DNA from: Planctomycetota bacterium
GTDB lineage: Bacteria; Planctomycetota; B15-G4
Reading direction: 5' to 3'
Length of the DNA stretch: 64,000 bases
Assembly: GCA_965248575.1 (NCBI GenBank)
Contig: CBDFJQ010000002.1
Location: forward strand, 1,216,001 to 1,280,000
The notes below the pieces were generated by a model, which saw nothing but the letters and a program-made list of their open reading frames with translations, searched no databases and was not told where the DNA came from. The position numbers were made by a program, and so were the translations under genes. This document shows, piece by piece, positions 33,113 through 42,307 of this stretch; position 1 is the stretch's first letter; the number at the start of each line of letters is the position of its first letter.

Positions 33113-34048
33113 TCAGGGGCTCACGCAGTCCTGGAAGTACTTCAGCGTGCGAGCCAGGCCATCCCTCAACAGCACCTTGGGCTCCCAGCCCAATATTTCC
33201 CGCGCCCGGGTGATGTCCGGGCGGCGCTGCTTCGGATCGTCTTCCGGCAGCGGGTGGTAGGAGATGGTGCTCTCGGTGTCGATCAACTCGAGGATAGTCT
33301 CGGCGAAGTCCTTGATCGTCATCTCGGCGGGGTTGCCGATGTTCACCGGGTTCGGTTCATTGCTTTCCGAGAGGCGCCAGATCCCGTCAATGAGGTCGTC
33401 CACGTAGCAGAACGAACGCGTCTGGGATCCGTCGCCGAAGACGGACAGCTCTTCGCCACGCAACGCCTGCCCCATGAAGGCAGGCAGGGCACGCCCATCG
33501 TTCAGGCGCATACGCGGGCCGTAGGTGTTGAAGATACGCACGATGCGCGTCTCCACGCCGTGGAAGCGGTGGTAGGCCATCACCAGCGCCTCGCTGAAGC
33601 GCTTGGCCTCGTCGTACACACCGCGCGGCCCGACGGGGTTCACGTTGCCCCAGTAGGTCTCCCTCTGGGGGTGCTCGAGCGGGTCGCCATAGACCTCCGA
33701 GGTGGAGGCCATCAGAAAGCGCGCGCCCTTGGCACGCGCCAGACCCAATGCCTTGTGCGTCCCCAGCGAGCCGACCTTGAGGGTCGGGATCGGCATCTCC
33801 AGGTAGTCGATGGGGCTCGCGGGCGACGCGAAGTGGAAGATGCGATGAACTTCGCCCGGCACGTGGATGTAGTTCGTGACGTCCACCTTCACGAAGGTGT
33901 AGCCGTCCTTGCCAATCAGGTGCTCGATGTTCCTCATGTCGCCGGTGATGAGATTGTCCATGCAGACGACCTCCCACCCTTCGGCGATGAGCCGATCGCT
34001 CAGATGCGATCCCAGGAATCCGGCTCCACCGGTGACGACTGCCCTCAT
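33113..34048 (-). CDS. UDP-glucuronate decarboxylase (UDP-xylose synthase family)
   Basis: [57 protein letters not shown]. Confidence 0.93.
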   Translation of the reverse strand: MRAVVTGGAGFLGSHLSDRLIAEGWEVVCMDNLITGDMRNIEHLIGKDGYTFVKVDVTNYIHVPGEVHRIFHFASPASPIDYLEMPIPTLKVGSLGTHKALGLARAKGARFLMASTSEVYGDPLEHPQRETYWGNVNPVGPRGVYDEAKRFSEALVMAYHRFHGVETRIVRIFNTYGPRMRLNDGRALPAFMGQALRGEELSVFGDGSQTRSFCYVDDLIDGIWRLSESNEPNPVNIGNPAEMTIKDFAETILELIDTESTISYHPLPEDDPKQRRPDITRAREILGWEPKVLLRDGLARTLKYFQDCVSP

Positions 34049-34103
34049 GATGCGCTTCCTCTGTTCTGCGAAGTGTTCGCTAGGTTGTGTGGTTCATTTC
34101 GCC

Positions 34104-35126
34104 CTAGGGCGAATCGGGTTCGGTGGTGTCCGGATCGGCTTCCGGCTCCGCACTCTGCTCGGGTGCAGGGATGGGAACTCCTCCGCCCGCTGCCTTCTGG
34201 GCGCGCAATTCCTGTTCTTCCGTGATGCGGGCACCCATCGCCCGCAGCTGGTCGGCGGAGAAGCGCAGCAGCAGCTCATCCACCGCGTCGGGGCTGATGA
34301 TCTCCGGGGTGCCGGAGATGCGCTGAAGCACCTCATAGAGGTCCACCGACTCGGGGATCTCCCGCCGGTGGTTCTGGACCATCAAGGTGTCCGCTGGCAG
34401 GCGCGTACGCACCCCGCCGATCGTGAGGACGTCGTCGCGCGGAGCCTCGGGGTCATCGGCCAGGCTGACCGACAGCGCGCTGCCTTCGCTGCTCGAAAGC
34501 GCAAAGCCACCGTTGTGGCGCAGGGTCAGATCCGACCAGGCATCCCGCAAGCTGCCGGGCGGGTCGGAGATGTACCGAACGAGGGGCATGATGGCCTCCT
34601 GCCCCTGACCGAGTTCCAGGACCGTGGCCCCCTCGGCACCCCGTTCGATGGAGATGGTGCCGCTGACATAGATCGGTTGGCTACCCCGGTTGCGGATCCG
34701 CAAGCGCCCAGGCTCGGTCCGCACTTCCATCTGGGTTTCGAGCAGACGGCAGCTGACGCCACCGGGCAACTCGCAAATCAAGGTGCGATCGGTACTGGTC
34801 ATGCTGGCAATGGTCAGCCAAGGAAAGCGCAGCACATCCCCTTGGGGGTCCAGGCGTAGCACGATGGCGTGCCCCTGGTCGTAGAGCTCCACCAGACCGC
34901 CACCTGACAGGTACAGCTCGCTCTGACCGCTGCTGCCCTGCTCCAATTCGTCGCCCGCGGCGAGATCGGCCGAGGAGGCAAAGGAGTACAGCACCGTCTC
35001 CAGGCGATCGGGCCCGCGACGCACCGCCACGGTGTCTTCGAGCCGCCGCGCCAAGATGCGCTCCTGTGCAAAGAGCGCTGGGCAGCAGGCCAGGGCAAGC
35101 ACCAGGAGCAGAAGCGGGCGGGTCAT
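34104..35126 (-). CDS. Secreted hypothetical protein with a possible FecR-like beta domain
   Basis: Signal peptide MTRPLLLLVLALACCPALFA; LAAGDELEQGSSGQSELYLSGGGLVEL resembles the FecR-domain start; co-directional within the operon. Confidence 0.65.
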   Translation of the reverse strand: MTRPLLLLVLALACCPALFAQERILARRLEDTVAVRRGPDRLETVLYSFASSADLAAGDELEQGSSGQSELYLSGGGLVELYDQGHAIVLRLDPQGDVLRFPWLTIASMTSTDRTLICELPGGVSCRLLETQMEVRTEPGRLRIRNRGSQPIYVSGTISIERGAEGATVLELGQGQEAIMPLVRYISDPPGSLRDAWSDLTLRHNGGFALSSSEGSALSVSLADDPEAPRDDVLTIGGVRTRLPADTLMVQNHRREIPESVDLYEVLQRISGTPEIISPDAVDELLLRFSADQLRAMGARITEEQELRAQKAAGGGVPIPAPEQSAEPEADPDTTEPDSP

Positions 35127-35137
35127 GGCTTGGTGGT

Positions 35138-36538
35138 TCACTCGGGGTTGTGACCCCCACCCTCGTCCCGATCGTTGTCGGAATCCGAATCCTGGGGCTG
35201 GGCCTGCATGGTTTCGATGAAGCTCGTGTCGTAGCTGCCCGAGAGGAAACGCGGGTCCTTCAGGAACAGCCGATGGGCGGCCACAGTTGTGGACACCCCT
35301 TCGATGACACATTCATCGAGCGCATTGGCCATCGCCTTGATCGCTTCCGCCCGATCCTCGGCATGGACGATCAATTTCCCGATCATGGAATCGTAGTACG
35401 GGGAGACCGTGTAGCCCGCGTAGGCGTGGGTATCGAAGCGCACACCCGATCCGCCGGGGTGCAACATATGCACTATCGTCCCACAACTTGGACGGAAGTT
35501 ATGGCTAACGTCCTCAGCATTGATGCGGCATTCGATGGCAGCGCCCCGGAAGCGCACATCGGCCTGGGTGATGGACAGGGGCTGACCGGCCGCGATGAGC
35601 AACTGCTCACGGACGATATCGAAGCCCGTCACCATTTCGGTCACGGGGTGCTCCACCTGCACACGAGCGTTGAGTTCCATGAAGTAGAAGCGCCGGTGCT
35701 TGTCCACCAGGAACTCCACCGTTCCCGCGTTCACGTAGCCAGCCTGGCGGCACAGTGCGATGGCGGCGTCCCCCATCGCGTTCCGCAGCTCGTCCGTCAG
35801 CACGGGCGAGGGGCTCTCCTCCAGCAGCTTCTGATGGCGCCTCTGGATCGAACAGTCCCGCTCACCCAGATGGATCAGGTTGCCGTGCTGGTCGGCCATC
35901 ACCTGGATCTCGACGTGTCGGGGCTCCTCCACCAACCGTTCGATGTAGACGTCCGGATTTCCGAAGGCGCCCTCGGCTTCCGCCCGGGCCGCGTGGAAGG
36001 CGGGCAGCAACTCTGCCGGTGCGTGGACCGGGCGCATGCCGCGCCCACCCCCGCCCGCCGTGGCCTTGACCATGACTGGGTAGCCGACCTCGGAGGCCAC
36101 CTGCTCCGCCTCAGCCTCCGTGTGCACGATGCCATCGCTGCCCGGAACAATGGGGACGCCAGCGGACTTCGCCGTGGCGCGTGCCGTGTTCTTGTCGCCC
36201 ATGGCCGCGATCACGTCGGCGGGCGGACCGATGAAGGTGAACCCACACGCGTTGACCACCTCGACGAACTTGCTGTTCTCGGAGAGGAATCCGTACCCGG
36301 GGTGGATGGCATCGGCCTCGGAGATCTCCGCGGCGCTGATGACCCGGTTCATGTCGAGGTAGCTTTCGCTCGCCTTCGCGGGACCGATGCACACGGCCTC
36401 ATCGGCCAGCTCGATGTAGGCGGCATCGCGGTCCGCCTCGCTGTAGACGACGACCGTCTCCACGCCGAGCGACTTGCAAGCTCTCAACACACGCAGGGCA
36501 ATCTCCCCGCGATTGGCAATCAGCACACGACCGAACAC
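35138..36538 (-). CDS. accC: Acetyl-CoA carboxylase biotin carboxylase subunit
   Basis: LIANRGEIALR, HPGYGFLSEN, KATAGGGGRGMR, ERDCSIQRRHQK, RVQVEHPVTE, YYDSMIGKLI. Confidence 0.97.
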   Translation of the reverse strand: MFGRVLIANRGEIALRVLRACKSLGVETVVVYSEADRDAAYIELADEAVCIGPAKASESYLDMNRVISAAEISEADAIHPGYGFLSENSKFVEVVNACGFTFIGPPADVIAAMGDKNTARATAKSAGVPIVPGSDGIVHTEAEAEQVASEVGYPVMVKATAGGGGRGMRPVHAPAELLPAFHAARAEAEGAFGNPDVYIERLVEEPRHVEIQVMADQHGNLIHLGERDCSIQRRHQKLLEESPSPVLTDELRNAMGDAAIALCRQAGYVNAGTVEFLVDKHRRFYFMELNARVQVEHPVTEMVTGFDIVREQLLIAAGQPLSITQADVRFRGAAIECRINAEDVSHNFRPSCGTIVHMLHPGGSGVRFDTHAYAGYTVSPYYDSMIGKLIVHAEDRAEAIKAMANALDECVIEGVSTTVAAHRLFLKDPRFLSGSYDTSFIETMQAQPQDSDSDNDRDEGGGHNPE

Positions 36539-36559
36539 TGGCGGGACCCTCCCTGGGCG

Positions 36560-37276
36560 TCAGCGACGCCGGATCAACATGAGCGTCTGACCAAACTCCA
36601 CCGCTTCGCCGTTCTCCACCTCGATGGAGACGACCTCGCCGGATTCGTCGGGCGTGATCTCATTCATCACCTTCATGGCCTCGATGATGCACACGGTGTT
36701 GCCCACCTCGACGCTGTCGCCCACGCTCGCAAAAGAAGACGCTTCCGGGCTGGGCGCTCTGTAGAAGGTGCCCACCATCGGTGACTTGAAGGCGTGCAGG
36801 TTGTCGTCCTGGACGGGCGCAGGCGCCGCCACCTCGGCCGCTACTGGCACAGCAGCGGCGTGCACAGGAGCGCTGGGGGTGGCCGCCGCAGGCGCAGCCA
36901 CGGTGTCGACATAGGCTCCGGCCCGCTTGACGTGGATGCGCGTCGCGCCATCCGTGGAGCGTTCGTACTCCACCTCCACGAGCGAGTGCTGGTCCATGAG
37001 CTCAGCCAGCTCCGAGATCTCCGGAAAACCCTGAGAGGCCTGTGCCGTCGCTCGACCCTGACCGCGAGCAGCCTTGCGGGCCGTCGCCTTCCGCTTGGGC
37101 GCAGCCTTGGCTGCAGCCTTCTTGACCAACGGCCGCTTGGCGCTCGACGCCCGCTTGGGAGCCTTCGCTGCGGAGCTGGTTGCCTTTCGGACGGCCTTGG
37201 CCTTCGCCTTCAGCTTGGGCTTCGACTTGGATTTCGTTTGGGCACCCGAACGGGCGGCCTTCTTTCGTGCAGCCAC
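36560..37276 (-). CDS. accB: Biotin carboxyl carrier protein with an N-terminal Lys/Ala-rich histone-like extension
   Basis: KSPMVGTFY, IIEAMKVMNEI biotinylation motif; GTG 37276 preceded by a strong RBS AAAGGAG. Confidence 0.93.
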   Translation of the reverse strand: MAARKKAARSGAQTKSKSKPKLKAKAKAVRKATSSAAKAPKRASSAKRPLVKKAAAKAAPKRKATARKAARGQGRATAQASQGFPEISELAELMDQHSLVEVEYERSTDGATRIHVKRAGAYVDTVAAPAAATPSAPVHAAAVPVAAEVAAPAPVQDDNLHAFKSPMVGTFYRAPSPEASSFASVGDSVEVGNTVCIIEAMKVMNEITPDESGEVVSIEVENGEAVEFGQTLMLIRRR

Positions 37277-37281
37277 GAGAG

Positions 37282-37288
37282 CTCCTTT
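37282..37288 (-). promoter_or_regulatory. Shine-Dalgarno site of accB
   Basis: AAAGGAG 5 nt upstream of GTG 37276. Confidence 0.75.
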
Positions 37289-37328
37289 CAGGGGTCTCGA
37301 AACATCAGGATCTGTGAGACGCGACACC

Positions 37329-37904
37329 CTACTCGGGTGCCGACACGCGCTCCACATACGTGCGGGTGCGAGTGTCCACCTTCACGTACTCATCCTGGTT
37401 GAGATAGACCGGCACCTGGATCACCGCCCCGGTGTCGAGGGTCGCCGGCTTGTTGCCACCTTGTGCGGTACTGCCCTTGACCCAGGGCGTGGTCTCCGTG
37501 ACCTGGAACACCATGTGGTCGGGAAGGGCGATGGAGATGATCTCGGAATCACACATCTTGAACTTGCAGACCGTGTTCTCCTTGAGAAACGGCAACAAGT
37601 CCGTGAGTCGGTCCTCGTCCACCGGCGACTGGTCGTAAGTCTCCGGATCCATGAACACGAAGCCATTGCCCTCGCGGTAGAGGTACTCCATGTCGATCTT
37701 GTCCACGATGACCTGTTCGACCTTGTCCTTGGAGTCGTAGGTCACGTCCTTGACGGCACCCGTCTGGAGGTTCTTGAGACGGGTGCGCACGAAGGCACCA
37801 CCCTTTCCAGGCTTGACGAATTGAAAGCTGACCATGTCGAACAGCTTGCCGTCGACGCGGAGGGTGATGCCGTTCGAAAACTGGTTGGTCGAGATGATGA
37901 CCAT
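37329..37904 (-). CDS. efp: Elongation factor P
   Basis: FVKPGKGGAFVRTRLKN, MDPETYDQ, KGSTAQGGNKPATLDTG, VDTRTRTYVERV. Confidence 0.97.
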   Translation of the reverse strand: MVIISTNQFSNGITLRVDGKLFDMVSFQFVKPGKGGAFVRTRLKNLQTGAVKDVTYDSKDKVEQVIVDKIDMEYLYREGNGFVFMDPETYDQSPVDEDRLTDLLPFLKENTVCKFKMCDSEIISIALPDHMVFQVTETTPWVKGSTAQGGNKPATLDTGAVIQVPVYLNQDEYVKVDTRTRTYVERVSAPE

Positions 37905-37964
37905 GGGTGGCTTCTCAGGATGCTTCGGGCGAGCGCGCCATTGAACCGGGAGCCCTCTGCCGAA

Positions 37965-39407
37965 TCAACAGGAGCGAGGCTCCTCAGTTCCTGAGGCCAA
38001 GGGAGCCACGATCAAGCCGAGCACGATTGCAGCCGGTGCAATCTGGATCAGCAGCCGCCCAAGGGTCAATTCCATAAGGGTAGGTAGGGGGTCGCCACCG
38101 GGGTGGATCAGCTCTGCAGCCGGGCTGCTCCACGACGTGACGATGTACGCAAAGATGTAGCTGGCCAGCTGAATCGCCAGGGCCACCAGGATCATCCGCG
38201 GTACGGGACGAGCGAGGCGCCGGCCCCCCAGAGCCAGCAGCACGGCCCACGCAGCCCAGGTCAGGTTCCACGACTGGAAATTCATGACCTCGGAAGCCAG
38301 GCGGGGCAGAATGATTTCGAGCCTGGCCAGGCCGGCCTGGAAAGCATCCCCCTGCAGCCGGCCCAGGTAGTGCTCATCCGTGATGGGCAGTCCCAGGGCC
38401 AGGAGCCCCCAGAGACCGTAGAACAGCCCCACGCCCACGGCCGCCACCCCGCCAGCTCGCCGAAACCGGCCCCGAGGCGCGGCCACGAGCACGCCGAGCG
38501 CGAGGGCCACGATGAAGGGCAGCCCCTCATTCTTCGTGAGCGCCGCAAAGCCCAGCAGCAGACCCGCCTCCAGATGCGCCCGGGCTCGGCGACCCTGCAG
38601 GGCATCGGCCATGGCGAGCACGGCCCCTACGATGAAGAGCGCCAGGGGAATATCCGCCATGGCTGAAGACGCACCGGCTCCCGGCGGTGGCTTCAGCACG
38701 TAGGAGATCAGCGGTAGATTCCCGATCCAGGCCGCGGACAGCGCAGCGCTCAGGGCGCCGCAGCGACGACGCAGCCCGCCGTACACCGTCGCCACCAAAG
38801 CCACGGCAAACCACGGGAAGATCGCCGAGGCGATGCGGTCATCAAAGACACCCGACACCATCGCCGGCAGATTGGCGATGTGGGACACCAGAGGCGGATA
38901 GCGCTGATGGGTCAAGCCGTAGTACGGGTCCCGGGACACGGCGCCAAGCAAGGTCTCGTCGAAGTGCAGCGCCTTGGCCTTGAACATCCAACGCGTCAAC
39001 GCATCGAACTGGAACGTCGGCCGCAACCAGCCGGAGCGCACCGCCATGAACAGCCCGACACACGCCAGCAGCAGCATGCCTCCGTGGGCCAATTGTTCGT
39101 TGCGCGTCAAAGCACTGAGGGGCCGGCGATCCTCGTCCGTACAGACCGAAGCCCCCGAAGAACAACGCCAGGCGGGACGGGCGAGCAGCAACAGGACGAC
39201 CAGCACGGCGCCACCCAAGCTCGTCGCCGACACACCGAGGCCCAGGACATCCACCAGCAGCGACAAACTGCCCACCACACCGAAGCCCAGCATCAGCCCG
39301 CGACCGAAGCGCTCGATCCAACCCAGGCCCGGGTCGCCGAACAACCCGCGGTCCACCACCACGCCTACAAGCAGCAAGGTCAGCAAGGGAACGATCAAGG
39401 CACTCAT
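37965..39407 (-). CDS. Polytopic membrane protein, probable GT-C-like glycosyltransferase
   Basis: Many TM helices; DALTRWMFKAK, RYPPL, ADIPLA and TKNEG motifs typical of uncharacterised GT-C-like proteins. Confidence 0.6.
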   Translation of the reverse strand: MSALIVPLLTLLLVGVVVDRGLFGDPGLGWIERFGRGLMLGFGVVGSLSLLVDVLGLGVSATSLGGAVLVVLLLLARPAWRCSSGASVCTDEDRRPLSALTRNEQLAHGGMLLLACVGLFMAVRSGWLRPTFQFDALTRWMFKAKALHFDETLLGAVSRDPYYGLTHQRYPPLVSHIANLPAMVSGVFDDRIASAIFPWFAVALVATVYGGLRRRCGALSAALSAAWIGNLPLISYVLKPPPGAGASSAMADIPLALFIVGAVLAMADALQGRRARAHLEAGLLLGFAALTKNEGLPFIVALALGVLVAAPRGRFRRAGGVAAVGVGLFYGLWGLLALGLPITDEHYLGRLQGDAFQAGLARLEIILPRLASEVMNFQSWNLTWAAWAVLLALGGRRLARPVPRMILVALAIQLASYIFAYIVTSWSSPAAELIHPGGDPLPTLMELTLGRLLIQIAPAAIVLGLIVAPLASGTEEPRSC

Positions 39408-39409
39408 CG

Positions 39410-39943
39410 TCAGCCGCCCCCCTGCCCCGCATCCCGCGCCTTGCGCTCGGCACGGCGCTGCTCCTTGAGTGCCTCCGGGTCCATGTCGACCGGGCGCTCC
39501 AAGCGCGACTCGAGGACGATGGCTCCGGGCAGCGTCGGGTCGTCCTCACTGCTGCCGGACTCGAAGGGGATGCCCTTCATGGGGATCGGGTAGAGGTCGT
39601 ACATCAGGGGCCACATCTCGTTGCGCGGCACACCCTTGAACTGCACGAAGAGTTCGGGCTCGTCGGCGAAACGCTCGTGGATGCGGGCAGCCTCGCGCAA
39701 GCGGCGCCGCCAGTAGGGCAACCACCGTTCAGGGTCTTTTCGCCCGTAGCCGCGCAGGAACGCGCGCGGAGCTTCCGGGTCGAATTCCTCCAACTGCTGC
39801 AGGTATTCGTCCAAGGCGAGGCTGTCCAGCGGGGCCCCACGCCCCAGGGGATCGGCGACGGAGTTTTCGGCCGGGATCCACCGAATCAGCACGGAGAGGA
39901 CCACGAGCATCGCAACAATCTGCGTGGCGACTTTTCGATCCAT
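39410..39943 (-). CDS. Hypothetical membrane-anchored protein
   Basis: N-terminal TM (VATQIVAMLVVLSVLI); ends 2 bp before the next gene starts; no recognised family. Confidence 0.6.
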   Translation of the reverse strand: MDRKVATQIVAMLVVLSVLIRWIPAENSVADPLGRGAPLDSLALDEYLQQLEEFDPEAPRAFLRGYGRKDPERWLPYWRRRLREAARIHERFADEPELFVQFKGVPRNEMWPLMYDLYPIPMKGIPFESGSSEDDPTLPGAIVLESRLERPVDMDPEALKEQRRAERKARDAGQGGG

Positions 39944-40107
39944 CGGTGGATTCTGTTTCCTGGAAGGAACTTGCTCAGGGCCGAGGGATCCTATCATCGA
40001 CTAGGCGACCTGCATCACAGTCATGCTTGGGTGTCATGCCGCAAGCGGTCCGCCGCTCCTGACGTGTCCTCCCGACCCCTCCCGAGCCCAGGCTTCCCTG
40101 CCTCGTC

Positions 40108-41037
40108 ATGCCGACACCTGCCCACCTCCCAAAAGCCGTGACTGCGCGTTGGCGCGCAGAAATCCCCCGCACAGCCGGCTGGGACGGCGTGCTCATGTGT
40201 CGACCCGATCACTTCGACGTGGTGGACGAGAAGAACACCTTCATGCGCGGCCAGCTGGGCCGGATCGACAAGCTGCGCGCCATGGACCAATGGCAGCATC
40301 TGGTCGAATGCTATGGCCAGGCGGGCGTCCGGGTGCATCAGTTGGCAGGTGCCCCCGGCCTCGAAGACATGGTCTTCTGCGCCAACCCGGTTTGTGTGCT
40401 TCCCCGCCCAAGCCGGGTCACTGGGTCTGAGCCCGGGCCCTGGACCGCTGCCGACCTCGTGGCCTCCCACATGAACCACGCGTCGCGCGTTCGGGAAGTG
40501 CCGCACATCACGGCCTGGTTTGCGGAACGCGGCGTGCCGTCGTCGAGCTTGCCGCCAGATTCAGGAACCTTGGAAGGGCACGGAGATGTGGCCGTCATTC
40601 CAGGCCGCCGCCTCGCGCTCGGCGGCTACGGGGGACGAAGCACACGCACGGCCCTTCAGGCCCTGTCCGAACTGTGTTCCCTGCCCGTCGTGCCACTGCC
40701 CTTGGTCGGCAGCCCCTTCTATCACCTCGACACCTGCCTGGCCGTGCTCGATGAGGACACGCTCCTGATCCACCCTCCGGCCTTCAGGAACGGCGCCCTG
40801 CAGACGCTGCACACGCTTTTTCCGAGGCTGCTCATCGCCGACCCACACGAGGCCGAAACGGAACTCGCCGTGAACGCGCACGGCCTGGCCAATGGCACGG
40901 TGCTGCTTCCCGCGGCTACGCCCAAGACGCAGAAGATCCTGTCCGATGCGGGCTACTCACCGCTGCCCGTAGACGTTTCGGAGTTCCACAAGTCCGGCGG
41001 CTCTGTCTTCTGCTTGCGCCTCGATCTCCCCGGCTGA
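40108..41037 (+). CDS. Pentein/amidinotransferase family hydrolase (arginine dihydrolase/DDAH-like)
   Basis: LMCRPDHF, EDMVFCANP, EGHGD, FYHLDTC, SEFHKSGGSVFCL catalytic Cys. Confidence 0.88.
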   Translation: MPTPAHLPKAVTARWRAEIPRTAGWDGVLMCRPDHFDVVDEKNTFMRGQLGRIDKLRAMDQWQHLVECYGQAGVRVHQLAGAPGLEDMVFCANPVCVLPRPSRVTGSEPGPWTAADLVASHMNHASRVREVPHITAWFAERGVPSSSLPPDSGTLEGHGDVAVIPGRRLALGGYGGRSTRTALQALSELCSLPVVPLPLVGSPFYHLDTCLAVLDEDTLLIHPPAFRNGALQTLHTLFPRLLIADPHEAETELAVNAHGLANGTVLLPAATPKTQKILSDAGYSPLPVDVSEFHKSGGSVFCLRLDLPG

Positions 41038-41085
41038 TCGGCGCCTCAGGGCTGGCCAAGATGCGGACCGTCAGCCGACCTCGGG

Positions 41086-41601
41086 TCACTCGTCAGCAGG
41101 CGGGTCAGCGCGCAAGTCCTGCGCACAATCCTGCACCGAGCCCGCGAGCACGCGCAGGCCGTGAAGCACTGCGGGCAAGACGGCCTCGAGACTCTCGCGC
41201 GCACCGGCAGGGCTGCCGGGCAGATTGAGGATCAGCGTGCCGCCTAGCGTGCCGGCGATGCCGCGCGAGAGGTCTGCCGTCGGCACCGACACGCGGCCTG
41301 CGGCTCGCATGGACTCGGCCAGCCCCGGCACCTCGCGCTCGATGACCCGGCGTGTGGCCTCTGGCGTGACATCCCGGACCGACAAGCCGGTGCCGCCGCT
41401 GGTGAGCACCAGGGCATAACGCGTCGCCAGCTCCCGCAAGGACACGACCAAGGCCTCCTCTTCATCCGGCACGGCGCGCACATGGGCCAGGCGCCAACCC
41501 ACGGCCTGGAGGGCTTCGGCCAGGCCGGCAGCTGTGGCGTCGGCCCGCTCGCCGCGCGAGACACGATCCGAGGCCAAGACGAGGCAGGCTTCCGACATCA
41601 C
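41086..41601 (-). CDS. Molybdopterin adenylyltransferase MogA/MoaB family
   Basis: ASDRVSRGERAD, TSGGTGLSVRDVTPEAT, LSRGIAG, NLPGSP. Confidence 0.92.
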   Translation of the reverse strand: MMSEACLVLASDRVSRGERADATAAGLAEALQAVGWRLAHVRAVPDEEEALVVSLRELATRYALVLTSGGTGLSVRDVTPEATRRVIEREVPGLAESMRAAGRVSVPTADLSRGIAGTLGGTLILNLPGSPAGARESLEAVLPAVLHGLRVLAGSVQDCAQDLRADPPADE

Positions 41602-42122
41602 TCGCTCCGATGCCAGGTGCCGGTGCGACCACCGCTCTTCTCCAGCAAGCGGATGTCCGTGATCATGATCTCCCGATCCACGGCCTTGAGCATGTCGATC
41701 AAGGTCACGGCAGCCACGGAGACGGCCATGAAGGCCTCCATCTCCACCCCCGTGCGCCAGGTGGTCTCCGCCTCGGCCCGCACCTCAAGCGCATCTGGAC
41801 CTGAGGCAGTGATGTTCACATCCACCCTGTCGAGCGGCAGCGGATGGCAGAGGGGCACCAGATCCGAGGTGCGCTTGGCAGCGCCTATGCCCGCGAGACG
41901 CGCCACCTCGAGCACTGGCCCCTTGGGCCCACCCCCCTCCAAGGCAAGGCGCCGCGTTTCCGGCTTCATGACCACCCGACCGGCCGCCACGGCTTTGCGG
42001 CGGGTGGGCAGCTTTCCGCCCACATTCACCATGCGAGCCTTGCCCTGCCCATCCACATGACTCAGTGGATTGCTCTGCTTGCCAGGCGGGTCACTGGAGA
42101 GGTCACGGGGCGGGTGGTCCAT
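41598..42122 (-). CDS. moaC: Cyclic pyranopterin monophosphate synthase
   Basis: LSHVDGQGKARMVNVG, AAKRTSDLVPLCHPL, TGVEMEA, DMLKAVDR, LLEKSGG; start uncertain. Confidence 0.95.
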   Translation of the reverse strand: MDHPPRDLSSDPPGKQSNPLSHVDGQGKARMVNVGGKLPTRRKAVAAGRVVMKPETRRLALEGGGPKGPVLEVARLAGIGAAKRTSDLVPLCHPLPLDRVDVNITASGPDALEVRAEAETTWRTGVEMEAFMAVSVAAVTLIDMLKAVDREIMITDIRLLEKSGGRTGTWHRSE

Positions 42123-42307
42123 GGTCCATCCAACATGAGGGAGGTCTGCTACGGATGCCGGGATGGGCCCAGATCCGCCGAGCGCGGGTCTGCGGCTCAC
42201 CCAGAATGATGCTAGGGACACCGGAACAGGTCACGGATTGCCCGTCACTCATGCAAACCGGCAGCTAGTACGATAAAGAAGATCGCGCACTCCCCCAGGA
42301 GAATCCC

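Noticed and set aside
34104..34190. VPIPAPE near the C-terminus as a PEP-CTERM/VPLPA sorting signal
   Set aside because: Not followed by a TM helix and basic tail.
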